DNA of 20,000 nucleotides, from positions 53,302 through 73,301 of the IMG/VR virus record IMGVR_UViG_3300030103_005513. One strand, 5' to 3'. Of this stretch, positions 1 through 9,036 are shown piece by piece; the stretch's first letter is position 1, and each line of letters begins with the position of its first letter. Below the pieces are notes generated by a model. It ran no database searches, was not told the DNA's origin, and worked only from the letters and a program-made list of their open reading frames with translations. The DNA is from an uncultured virus (IMG/VR IMGVR_UViG_3300030103_005513) (Duplodnaviria > Heunggongvirae > Uroviricota > Caudoviricetes). Position numbers and translations under genes: made by a program.

Positions 1-158
1 AATGCTACGATGAAACAAGCAGCAGCAGCAAGTAGGCAAGGGATCATTAGAACACCAAACCAACCTACGTAAATGCGATTGTTAGTTGAGGTTACCCAAC
101 CACAAAACTCGTCCCATCCTGAAAGCAAACCACCACGCTTACGTGAAATAGTTGTCAT
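1..158 (-). CDS. psbA: Photosystem II D1 protein, 5' part (runs off the left window edge)
   Basis: Manual translation from ATG at 158: [52 protein letters not shown], containing the D1 hallmark [23 protein letters not shown]. Not in the ORF track. Confidence 0.99.
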   Translation of the reverse strand, partial: MTTISRKRGGLLSGWDEFCGWVTSTNNRIYVGWFGVLMIPCLLAAAACFIVA

Positions 159-185
159 TTAAGAATGCGGGTATATGAGGGGGTA

Positions 186-238
186 AAAGAAAGACGTGAT
201 TTATACTCCCTGTAGGTCTTGGTTTAGGGGGAGTAGGA
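186..238 (-). ncRNA. Structured psbA 5' leader, PhotoRC-II-like cis-regulatory RNA (possible H-type pseudoknot)
   Basis: Minus-strand RNA: UACUCCC (235-229) pairs with GGGAGUA (210-204); loop AAGAC (220-216) is complementary to downstream GUCUU (195-191). Position upstream of a cyanophage psbA matches where PhotoRC-II motifs are known; family assignment not verified. Confidence 0.6.
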
Positions 239-261
239 GATAACACAAAAGTCACTCCGTA

Positions 262-1038
262 TTATTTATAGTAACAAAAATTTACAAACTTGTCAAGCAT
301 GTCTGCTATCTTGATGTGACACTCTCTATTAGGGTGTTTTGTATGTGGATTCACTAGATTTTTTTTCAGTAAAAATTTTATCCTATCATCATCTAGTTGC
401 CATGTTGATAAATGATATCCGATCATGCTTGGTTTATGACCCATATCAATACACAAATTACTCATCAAATCTCTTGATTTTTCGTGTGACATAATCATAT
501 TAGGACTATCGTAATTGTAATTGTGGTGATTGAAAGTATCGAACCAATAATTTTTTACCCCAATCATCTTAAAATAATTATCCCAATGTTGAATTTGAGT
601 AGATAATCTTTTTACCTCCACGTCATGATCATAATAATTCGTTGTCCACTTTAAGTTTCTTTTTTTTGTAAGATGATAAGTTGTATATTTTTTTTCTTTA
701 TTACTCCACACATCCATCCTTGCTGTAGAGGTGATGCCCCATAGGACTATGACATTATTATATTTTTTATAGTCATCTGTATTGAAATACTCTTCCGCAA
801 ATCTAAATTGTCTTTGATTTGATGAACCACCCTTCGCAAAATTTATATTTACATAATCATGTCTCCTTGATAGTATAGTTCTAAAACAATACTCATCAGT
901 TAAGTCTTTGAAATGCTTCTGGTACAATGAGTCCCTCATCTCGTCTGTAGACATCTCAGTGTGCCTCAAGATGTTTGGATCGTACCAACTAAATTTACCT
1001 TTAGTCCAACTACATCCGAAGGTAATCAGTGCATTCAT
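262..1038 (-). CDS. Hypothetical protein with SGNH/GDSL-hydrolase-like motifs
   Basis: 258 aa; FGCSWT near the N-terminus (block I-like Ser), NFAKGGSSN (block II-like), TKHPN near the C-terminus (block V-like His). Confidence 0.6.
   Translation of the reverse strand: MNALITFGCSWTKGKFSWYDPNILRHTEMSTDEMRDSLYQKHFKDLTDEYCFRTILSRRHDYVNINFAKGGSSNQRQFRFAEEYFNTDDYKKYNNVIVLWGITSTARMDVWSNKEKKYTTYHLTKKRNLKWTTNYYDHDVEVKRLSTQIQHWDNYFKMIGVKNYWFDTFNHHNYNYDSPNMIMSHEKSRDLMSNLCIDMGHKPSMIGYHLSTWQLDDDRIKFLLKKNLVNPHTKHPNRECHIKIADMLDKFVNFCYYK
263..270 (-). promoter_or_regulatory. T4-type late promoter TATAAATA for psbA
   Basis: Exact T4 gp55 consensus TATAAATA at 270-263, overlapping the sigma70 -10 and the upstream ORF stop codon. 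Confidence 0.8.
268..296 (-). promoter_or_regulatory. Sigma70-type promoter for psbA
   Basis: Minus strand: TTGACA (296-291), 17-nt spacer ending in TGT, TACTAT (273-268). Perfect -35, optimal spacing, extended -10 (TGn). Confidence 0.85.
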
Positions 1039-1041
1039 AAT

Positions 1042-2940
1042 CTATGTTTTTGGTAGATTGGGATTGAGAACATTTTTTATCACGTAATCTCTGAACGACC
1101 AACCCCAGTCCCAGACATGCATCTCATATAATTCTGGTGGTAAATCATCTAGACCAATTGATCTCTTCAATCTTCTGACCCAAAAAGAATTATTTTTATT
1201 TGAATCTTTATTGAAAGGAACTCTATTCTCTTTTACAATTTTTACCTTATCTTGAATAGAGTATTTACCATGAGAAGTTCTAATGGTGGTGGGATCGTAC
1301 CACCAATCACCTTTGTTCAACCAACACTTTGTGTCTGGATCTTTTATTTCATGCCAATCCACCTGATATATGTGATGCTCATCTTGTATCCCTGTTATAG
1401 GTCTTATTGTTTTGAACAAGTCATAACACTCTCGCAATACGTCATCGTAAGTATTATTTGTGGTGAAACTACCTGCCTGAGGATGCCTTTTGTTTCTAGC
1501 AATCTTTGATTTTGGTGATGTAAGATCAAGACCTATAGTCTCCCAATTATGTATCCTACTCCAGTTTAATTTTGTCAATTGTCTTGCACAATCAAATGAT
1601 ATCTGATCTCGATTAGACCCTATCTTACTATACTTCCACCATAGATCATGAAACTCTGCCATCTCATCATCTATCTGCCTCCATATACATGTCAAAACTG
1701 GTGAGCAATATTGTTTAAAATCATAGTCAACTTTACTTAGAGCATCGACAAGTTCAAGCATCTGTTCCTTGCTATTATAGTTGGCACCAAAACCCTCCAT
1801 AATTTCATTATGAAAAGTAAATCTATGAGGATGCAACATGTGCGTCAGAGGAACCTCTTTCAATATATCTTTAGACAAGTCAACCCATTCTTTAGTATGA
1901 ACATAACATCCATCTAACCATACCGTCTTAGATCCATATGGAAATAACTTGTGTGGACAAATTTTTGCATAAGAAGATAACCTTCTAGGGTCACCCTCTA
2001 TTTCATCGTAAACAAAATCAGGTATAGGTCTGAACTCCCAAGGTCCTTTCTTCTCTACATTACCATCTGTATAACAAACATACTTTACCTCTGGATCATA
2101 ATACATGTCATCAGGTATAGTATCATACCAATTTGTTATACTGGTATAAATTATGATTTGATCTTTCTCTGGGTTATCCCACTCAATCGCATATGAATAC
2201 ACACCTGCATCACCATAGAAAGGTTCACCAGTTATGCGATCTGTACCTGTCCTAAAATATTCTTTCCAATCAAATAAACCTGTAAGTTCTGTGAGTAAAT
2301 CTGTAAACTCAATTATATCTACCTCCTCTTCGTGGTACACATAATCACCTGTCCTATTATTCCACCACTCACCGTTAGGACTTGCATCAGAAAATTGATT
2401 TATAAGGTCTCTTGATGATTCAGTTTCATATTCTACACCACTTAATTGTAATGCTACAGAGCATGCTAATTGATCTCTTACACCACCTCTGTTGTACCAC
2501 TTCCACCACAATCTATCAAAGTCTTTTGTATTACCATTTCTCCAAATAATAGTGCATAAAGGAGAGAAGTATTTCTCAAAATCAAATGATGTTTCTGATA
2601 CCTCTGTAGTAAATTTAAGAATGTCATCAGGATCTACCCATCCTTTAGATATATACTCAGCACATTCTTCAAGGTAGGAATGTTTATGAGGGTGACTCAT
2701 TATAAAAAATTTTTTACGAGATAATATATCTTCACTTATTTCTTTGAATTTATCATTTAGAAGATGAACTTTTGATGCGTCTATGTATACACTTGGTTCG
2801 TCAAAAGGACATAATATTTTTTGTTTCCTACTACTTCTAACTGGGTCGCCTAAATCCTCTACATCTGTTATTACTTTTACCCATGATGGTGCCTGTAAAT
2901 CTTCGATATAATTGTTTGTGTTTATAGTATAGTAAATCAT
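1042..2940 (-). CDS. Glycosyltransferase-like protein with two tandem DUF616 (TOD1/MUCI70-like) domains and a Trp-rich C-terminal tail
   Basis: Repeated motif sets: IYYTINTNNY..KILCP..VYIDAS..HPH..RDQL and, from aa 261, IIYTSITNWYD..YVCYTD..KICPH..VWLDG..HPHR..RDQISF. Confidence 0.75.
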   Translation of the reverse strand: MIYYTINTNNYIEDLQAPSWVKVITDVEDLGDPVRSSRKQKILCPFDEPSVYIDASKVHLLNDKFKEISEDILSRKKFFIMSHPHKHSYLEECAEYISKGWVDPDDILKFTTEVSETSFDFEKYFSPLCTIIWRNGNTKDFDRLWWKWYNRGGVRDQLACSVALQLSGVEYETESSRDLINQFSDASPNGEWWNNRTGDYVYHEEEVDIIEFTDLLTELTGLFDWKEYFRTGTDRITGEPFYGDAGVYSYAIEWDNPEKDQIIIYTSITNWYDTIPDDMYYDPEVKYVCYTDGNVEKKGPWEFRPIPDFVYDEIEGDPRRLSSYAKICPHKLFPYGSKTVWLDGCYVHTKEWVDLSKDILKEVPLTHMLHPHRFTFHNEIMEGFGANYNSKEQMLELVDALSKVDYDFKQYCSPVLTCIWRQIDDEMAEFHDLWWKYSKIGSNRDQISFDCARQLTKLNWSRIHNWETIGLDLTSPKSKIARNKRHPQAGSFTTNNTYDDVLRECYDLFKTIRPITGIQDEHHIYQVDWHEIKDPDTKCWLNKGDWWYDPTTIRTSHGKYSIQDKVKIVKENRVPFNKDSNKNNSFWVRRLKRSIGLDDLPPELYEMHVWDWGWSFRDYVIKNVLNPNLPKT

Positions 2941-4466
2941 AATACACTGTGCTCTCTCATCAAGAAATCATGGTCATGATACGTTGTATATAGTTTGGGA
3001 TGAAGACCTGTAATTTTTTTCATCTCCTTCAACAATTCATCTTTCCTATGGTATTGTTGTAGGTCACCTCTCTGTGGATGTTTCCCCCTTCTACCTACCT
3101 TATTATAATATCCAAGAGGCACACCTGATTCTTCCCTATTTTCTATTACTGACGGAAGTAATCCTGATTCTTTGAGTGCCATGTCGTATGCAATTTGATC
3201 TCGATTACATCCTACAAGCGACCACTTGTACCATGATTCATTGAATAATTTTACATTCGGTGTCAAAGTTCTCCACACTATCGTACCAAGCGGACTACAA
3301 TATGATTTGAAATTGTATCCAGAATCTTTTAGTTCTTGTGTAAGAGTTATAGCATCGTCAAAAGAAAAGAATGCACATAAAAACCCCTCCAGTATCTCAT
3401 CATAATATGTAAATCTTGATGGGTGTCTAAGCATTGTAAATGGAAAACACCTTCTACTTTTTTCTATAAAATTTGATGTGTGTTGGTAACAAGCATCAAC
3501 CCATACTGTATGTGATCCTTCTGGAAAAAATATATGTGGATTTGCTTTGGGATAAAATGATAATCTTCTTGGACAATCTATATCTAAATCTAATTTTATA
3601 TACTCCCATGGTTCAATGGTAGTGTCAATTGAACCATCATGAAAACAAACATACCTGACATCAGGATGATAATATTCTGATACTAGATTATCATATCCAT
3701 TTGTGATACAGGTGTACACAATTATATCTTTTGGATCAACATTATAATTCATGTTGAATGATCTTTTTGTGATGGGAAATATCTTACGCATGTCTCGTAC
3801 GATATCTGTTGATGGTGTATGTAATTTGTATGATTCTTTGTAAGATTTCATCCTACTACTTTTGTTCATATCAATAACAAGATCAACTCTATGTGCTTTC
3901 GTGACCAAAAACTCAGCGATAGAACTAGAAACTTGATCTCTGTTTACACCTTCATCATACCACTGTCTCCACACTTTGCACCACTCTATAATTTTTGATG
4001 TCAATCTTCTCCATACCACACAATTTATTGTTTGATCATAAAACTTAAGTGGAAAATTAATTGACTTGATACGTTTACACATGTCAATAATTTCATCACT
4101 GGTAGAAAATCCATGGTTATATAACTTCTCAAACTCCTCTACCAAAGTTCTCCTGTCAGGGTGTCTTTGTAATATAAAATCATGTTTCTCTAAGAGGTTC
4201 TTAGAATATTCAATGAGTTCATTTGATATGCTATACGATGCATCAATCCACACAGTTGAAGCACCTGATTCAAAGTAAAGGTGAGGACAATGTTTTGGAT
4301 GATAAGATTTTCTTACTGGACATTTCTCATCTATGTCTATCTTTCTATACTCCCAACCCTCTGTGTCTGGTCGATCACCATCATAAAAACAAATAAATTT
4401 TACATTAGAATTAGGGGGTGGTGCTAACTTATCATAACCATTTGTTATGGCAGTGTAGAATATCAT
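2937..4466 (-). CDS. Glycosyltransferase-like protein with two tandem DUF616 (TOD1/MUCI70-like) domains
   Basis: IFYTAITNGYD..KHCPH..VWIDAS..HPDR..RDQVS and, from aa 247, IVYTCITNGYD..KANPH..VWVDAC..HPSR..RDQIA. Coupled by ATGA overlaps on both sides. Confidence 0.78.
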   Translation of the reverse strand: MIFYTAITNGYDKLAPPPNSNVKFICFYDGDRPDTEGWEYRKIDIDEKCPVRKSYHPKHCPHLYFESGASTVWIDASYSISNELIEYSKNLLEKHDFILQRHPDRRTLVEEFEKLYNHGFSTSDEIIDMCKRIKSINFPLKFYDQTINCVVWRRLTSKIIEWCKVWRQWYDEGVNRDQVSSSIAEFLVTKAHRVDLVIDMNKSSRMKSYKESYKLHTPSTDIVRDMRKIFPITKRSFNMNYNVDPKDIIVYTCITNGYDNLVSEYYHPDVRYVCFHDGSIDTTIEPWEYIKLDLDIDCPRRLSFYPKANPHIFFPEGSHTVWVDACYQHTSNFIEKSRRCFPFTMLRHPSRFTYYDEILEGFLCAFFSFDDAITLTQELKDSGYNFKSYCSPLGTIVWRTLTPNVKLFNESWYKWSLVGCNRDQIAYDMALKESGLLPSVIENREESGVPLGYYNKVGRRGKHPQRGDLQQYHRKDELLKEMKKITGLHPKLYTTYHDHDFLMREHSVL

Positions 4467-5251
4467 CCATTCAAATTATCTTTAGGTTGCAATTTACCAG
4501 ACTGCTCACCCAATATTCTATTTGTCACTTGACCTGGTTCACGAGAGAACCATCCAGTTGCTATGTATTTTGACACATCTCCTGTAAGAAAAGAACCTCT
4601 ATGTACATGAGTGTATGCTGCTGGCCACAATACTATGGTGCCTTTCTTTGGTTGAAAAGATATTTCTTGATGGAAGAAATCAGTTGCTCCACCATTTTCT
4701 AAAGGGATATCATTGAGATAAATCATCCATGTCAAAACTCTATCTCTATACAGGAAACTACCATTTTCTGAATGCCATACATGGTATCCCCCACCAGAAT
4801 TAGTTTTCTGTATTTTACAAGTCCATGATGATACAGGATCTGATGCATCTAATATCCCTTTCCATTTCTTTGCATAAATTTCAAACGCTCCACCCACTGC
4901 TTGATTTACTTCCATTGCAAGAGAGGGATCACAAATCTCCAAGTATAATTGTTGATCTTTTCTACCAAAGTCACCATATTCATTAAACTGTTTGCTTCCA
5001 TCACCCAATGGAGACACACTAAGTTTTTTACCCTCCACCTCACACACTTTGACTTCTTCTACATGTTTTTTACCGTACCAAAACTCAAATGAATCTATGA
5101 TAGCATCACAAAATTCCCACTTGACAAAATTATCGAACACACCTATGGCACCATAGTCTCTCATGCCATTATAATCTGGTTGTTTATCCTCAGGTGGAAG
5201 CACTACCTTATTCGCAAATGATTGATCATAATTCACTCTTTCAATTGACAT
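4463..5251 (-). CDS. 2OG-Fe(II) oxygenase (prolyl-4-hydroxylase-like)
   Basis: YHVWHSE (HxE), RVLTWMIYLND, GGATDF, HVHRG, KYIATGW: typical cyanophage 2OG-FeII_Oxy_3 pattern. Confidence 0.9.
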   Translation of the reverse strand: MSIERVNYDQSFANKVVLPPEDKQPDYNGMRDYGAIGVFDNFVKWEFCDAIIDSFEFWYGKKHVEEVKVCEVEGKKLSVSPLGDGSKQFNEYGDFGRKDQQLYLEICDPSLAMEVNQAVGGAFEIYAKKWKGILDASDPVSSWTCKIQKTNSGGGYHVWHSENGSFLYRDRVLTWMIYLNDIPLENGGATDFFHQEISFQPKKGTIVLWPAAYTHVHRGSFLTGDVSKYIATGWFSREPGQVTNRILGEQSGKLQPKDNLNG

Positions 5252-6053
5252 TTTGTGACTCCTGTTTGCCTTGGTTTATGTAGACCTGTGGTGGTATTCT
5301 ACCACAGTATTCATCTAATTGCATCACTTCTTGTATCTTGACATCACCACCATTCTCTCTCCAAAAATCTGTGAGTGCATGGTTACTATTTTTATGAAAT
5401 ATTTCTATGTGTTCTTCATGTATTGCTGAACCCATATCTAATCTATAATTGAACAATGGTGTGGCATATGACTTACCACTGTCAAGAATCAAGTCTTCGG
5501 AGACTGCTCTTGGTCTGATATTTTGGTCGATTTTCCATTGCGATCCCCTGCTGTGAAGTTTAAGGAGTTTAGTTGCATGATGACGAGTAATAAGGTAGCA
5601 AGCAGCAGAAAAGTCATTGATAAATCTGTGGTGTAATTTCAATGTTATACCATTAGGATTTATAATAGTAAGTTGTAAACAATCAAAAGCGATTGGCACT
5701 CTACGTCTAACATCTTTCCATGTAAAATTCCAATGCCTTGCTAGTGATAAATCAACATCATCTTCCATGACAAATATTTCATCATGGTCTGTCTCTTCTA
5801 TAAAATATTTGAGTGCTGAAAGATGTGACATAACACATGCTATCTCACCATCATTCATATTAGGTGGTACAGTTCCCTTGAGATATGATTCATATTCAGC
5901 ACCATCAATACCAGAGATCCTATGATGATTTTTGACATCCCAATAATCAAATTGCTCCTCCATATATTTTTTCCTGTCGGGAAACCTATCGAGATTGATC
6001 CACAAGACAGGAGGAAAGTTTGCGAGTTTGAATAATGCCTTGTTCTTATCCAT
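5241..6053 (-). CDS. Family 25 glycosyltransferase (LPS/LOS biosynthesis type)
   Basis: INLDRFPDRKKYM, RISGIDG, GEIACVMSH, VMEDD, YLIT..A..LL. Start revised to ATG 6053 (MDKNK), preceded by GAGGAG; the ORF track starts at 6083. Confidence 0.88.
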   Translation of the reverse strand: MDKNKALFKLANFPPVLWINLDRFPDRKKYMEEQFDYWDVKNHHRISGIDGAEYESYLKGTVPPNMNDGEIACVMSHLSALKYFIEETDHDEIFVMEDDVDLSLARHWNFTWKDVRRRVPIAFDCLQLTIINPNGITLKLHHRFINDFSAACYLITRHHATKLLKLHSRGSQWKIDQNIRPRAVSEDLILDSGKSYATPLFNYRLDMGSAIHEEHIEIFHKNSNHALTDFWRENGGDVKIQEVMQLDEYCGRIPPQVYINQGKQESQNVN

Positions 6054-6915
6054 TTCTCCTCTTGATATAGTCAACCTCTTCATAATATTTCAATAGAGAT
6101 TTCTTTCCTTTTACCTTAAGTTCTTCCCATAGTTTTTTATTGTCTTCACAATGTGGATTATTGAACCATGAATTTTTTGTGCGACCATGCTCAAGGTGAT
6201 ATACATTTTCAGTCAATCTTGCAACACTTGATAGAAGATTGAATCTCATATGTCTTTCATCATCCTCATATCCATACGCTATAAAATTCTCGTTTTCACC
6301 ACCGAATTTTTTGTAAGTTTCAGTATCAAAAAATTGACAGAATCCATACTTAGCATCCCAATGTCTCATCCTACCATTGAATGACTCAAAATTAAATCCA
6401 CTATTCACAAAAGCAGTAGCATGTTCATCAGCAATGTGGCATTGATACTGATACTGACCATATCCATATGGATACACAACCTTTACAGGTTCGCCACCCT
6501 CTCTGTCTGGATGCACCCACCCCTTCAATATCATATTTGTTGCATTGATATAGGAGTCAACAGGTAGTATTATATCACTATCATAATTTGCAACGACTGG
6601 AGTTTTTACCAACCATAACATGTCATTGAGTATCTTTGTCCTATGAAAAGTAAACTCATCACTCTCCTCAAAAATATGAGTGATGCAATTCATCATCTCA
6701 GGTTCAAGTGCTTGCTCAAGTAATGGTTTTACATCACGTAAATATACAGATTCCTTATCAACCTCCTTGATAATAATTCTACATGCAAAATTACGAGTGA
6801 GATATATCAATGTGGTTATGATATTTCTCATGCGATCAGCAGTCTCAATTCTAAGTGGTATAATAAACGTGCACTTAGCGAGATTGAATCTATTTACTTC
6901 TTGTCCTTCAATCAT
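6046..6915 (-). CDS. GT-A glycosyltransferase (GT2 / GT7 C-terminal galactosyltransferase-like)
   Basis: TFIIP.R, NYDSD (DxD), GGENENFIAYGYEDDE, YHLEH. Confidence 0.8.
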   Translation of the reverse strand: MIEGQEVNRFNLAKCTFIIPLRIETADRMRNIITTLIYLTRNFACRIIIKEVDKESVYLRDVKPLLEQALEPEMMNCITHIFEESDEFTFHRTKILNDMLWLVKTPVVANYDSDIILPVDSYINATNMILKGWVHPDREGGEPVKVVYPYGYGQYQYQCHIADEHATAFVNSGFNFESFNGRMRHWDAKYGFCQFFDTETYKKFGGENENFIAYGYEDDERHMRFNLLSSVARLTENVYHLEHGRTKNSWFNNPHCEDNKKLWEELKVKGKKSLLKYYEEVDYIKRRNG

Positions 6916-7691
6916 AAGACCTCCCAGTTGTCACAGTATAAATCAGATGTGTCATGTGCTGCTGTGTAACCATGACCAAACCATTTCTTAGGTGCGATAA
7001 TTCTCTTGTCAGGATTTTTACCTAACCAAGATCCCCACCATGAGAACGATGAGTTAGCAATAATAAAATCAGAACACATACTCATCATGCACAAGTCTGC
7101 AAGATTGTCACCACCTTCTGAGATAAGGAACCTGTCATCAGTGAACTCAGTGCTACACCATTTAGGATCATCAGAAAAAATAACCACTGTGCGACGTTTA
7201 TCAAACTTTGACAATGCATTATCATAATATTCTTTAGGGCAGATTGGATGATTGTCGCAACCGTAATCACCATGTCTCACATGTAATGCGATTGGATCTT
7301 GAACAGTTGAGATCATGTCTTCACATGGTGCTTTGATTTCATTTTTGAATTCAAAGTCTTCTCTTATTTCTTTCTCTATGATATCAAAATATTTTGTGCT
7401 TTGCAAATACCCATACACATTGTGACCATCAGGCATATTATTATATAAATTCTGATCAAAATGAAAGTGTGCTTCTTGCACATAAGTGCCTGCACATAGT
7501 CCTATATTTGTAAGTCCTTTGAGTTTGAACGCCTCAAATAATTGATGATCTTGATAGGGGTCATTAAAATCACTTGATGGTATCATAAAATCATAACCAC
7601 GATGAGCAGCAATACCTCTGAGTCCAGCATACTGGAACATCTGATTACCTAGTCTTCCATGTCTTCCAAGATGGTTGAATCCTATTGTCAT
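6912..7691 (-). CDS. Alpha-1,2-fucosyltransferase-like (GT11)
   Basis: GRLGNQMFQYA, GYLQS.KYF, LHVRHGDY, FSDD..W, IIANSSFSWW, APKKWF. Confidence 0.92.
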   Translation of the reverse strand: MTIGFNHLGRHGRLGNQMFQYAGLRGIAAHRGYDFMIPSSDFNDPYQDHQLFEAFKLKGLTNIGLCAGTYVQEAHFHFDQNLYNNMPDGHNVYGYLQSTKYFDIIEKEIREDFEFKNEIKAPCEDMISTVQDPIALHVRHGDYGCDNHPICPKEYYDNALSKFDKRRTVVIFSDDPKWCSTEFTDDRFLISEGGDNLADLCMMSMCSDFIIANSSFSWWGSWLGKNPDKRIIAPKKWFGHGYTAAHDTSDLYCDNWEVL

Positions 7692-8365
7692 AATAAATGT
7701 TTCTTCTTCAAGTATTCAATTTCCTCTGGTATGAGGTGATCGTTTGATCTTTGAGTTTGATTTGGATGTTCTCTATTTGATATATGTATGTCCTTTAGGA
7801 CTACAGGATTTCCTAGCATTGTGTACAATCTGTAGTACATATCACAGTCCATCAGCATAATAAGATTCTCATCAAAAAATTCTCCAAGACCATTTTTGAT
7901 AGCGAGGATTGATGGAGAACTAAGAGTATTGACACCTTCCAATAATCTATCATTATATACTGGTATTTTTGGATTGTAATGTGTTCGACCATCATCAATT
8001 GTGTGTGCAAAACCAGTGACTGCCCATCTTACACCCAAATCAAATGCCTTGTCAAGTTCTTCTGTAAGTGTAGGAGTAAGAACAAAATCATCAGAGTACA
8101 ATATTTTTATAATATCTCCCTCTGCCATCATCATCGCACTGTTTGTATTGGTTGAAATATTTCCCTCTGTCGCTTTCTTGTAAGTAATATTAAGTATATC
8201 CCAGTAATCATTCAATGCTCTCAAAATTCTTTTCTCGTCACCCTGATGAGACACACATATCTCAAAGTCTTTGTATGTTTGATGTGCTAGGGAATAGAGT
8301 ATATCAAACATGTATTGCTCACACTTTGAATGGTCATGAGTAGGAATACAATAACTTACTCTCAT
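7688..8365 (-). CDS. Family 2 glycosyltransferase
   Basis: VSYCIPT, SLAHQTYKDFEICVS, NTN.AM..AEGDIIKILYSDD. Start revised to ATG 8365 (ATGA overlap with the upstream stop); the ORF track starts at 8386. Confidence 0.85.
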   Translation of the reverse strand: MRVSYCIPTHDHSKCEQYMFDILYSLAHQTYKDFEICVSHQGDEKRILRALNDYWDILNITYKKATEGNISTNTNSAMMMAEGDIIKILYSDDFVLTPTLTEELDKAFDLGVRWAVTGFAHTIDDGRTHYNPKIPVYNDRLLEGVNTLSSPSILAIKNGLGEFFDENLIMLMDCDMYYRLYTMLGNPVVLKDIHISNREHPNQTQRSNDHLIPEEIEYLKKKHLL

Positions 8366-9036
8366 AGATCTAAAAGCAACTCCCATGCTTCACATCCACT
8401 TGATCTAAGTGTATCTCTTAATTTTTGACTTAGACTTCCATGTATGTACCACTCCTCCATGGTACAAGGTCCGTTTCTTATATCTGTACCAACTAAATCA
8501 TAACCATGTAATTTGAATATTTCTCTGTGTCCATACACTTCACCCCATTGTCGATATGCATCGTGTTCATATGTCACACAGTTGAATTGTAATTGCTCGA
8601 ATGGAAAGTTCCTCAATGCCTCAAGTGTATTATGTGGTGGTTCAAGATCAAAAGATAAGTAATCCATATTTCTTGGAAGACCAAGATCATCTACTGCTTT
8701 CACATAATCAAATTTCATCGCATCTGCTTCATATATTTTAGTGTTAGGACGCACACCCTCCCACTCAGCACACAGATGAGGTTCTAATTCTATCGAAAAT
8801 CCTTTCCAATTATATCCCTCCTCCAACAACCATGTGTTATTGCCTATGAATGGTAATGCACCACCAACCTCAACAAATGTACCATCAACTTTTGCATCGT
8901 TGACAACCAAAGCAAATATATCTTGCCATACTTGAGAGTAATTCTTTCTCAAGTTTTTCATACCCTCTGGTTGTATTTTTAGATATTGATAATCTTTATG
9001 AAACCAATTGGATTGACCTTCACCACTAATCGGCAT
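8362..9036 (-). CDS. FkbM-family (Methyltransf_21-like) SAM methyltransferase
   Basis: YSQVWQD, GTFVEVGG, NNT..LE..YNWKGFSIE, DYLSFDLE, VTYEHD. Confidence 0.8.
   Translation of the reverse strand: MPISGEGQSNWFHKDYQYLKIQPEGMKNLRKNYSQVWQDIFALVVNDAKVDGTFVEVGGALPFIGNNTWLLEEGYNWKGFSIELEPHLCAEWEGVRPNTKIYEADAMKFDYVKAVDDLGLPRNMDYLSFDLEPPHNTLEALRNFPFEQLQFNCVTYEHDAYRQWGEVYGHREIFKLHGYDLVGTDIRNGPCTMEEWYIHGSLSQKLRDTLRSSGCEAWELLLDL

Noticed and set aside
18..30. GCA trinucleotide run
   Set aside because: Simply the Ala codons of D1 (LLAAAAC).
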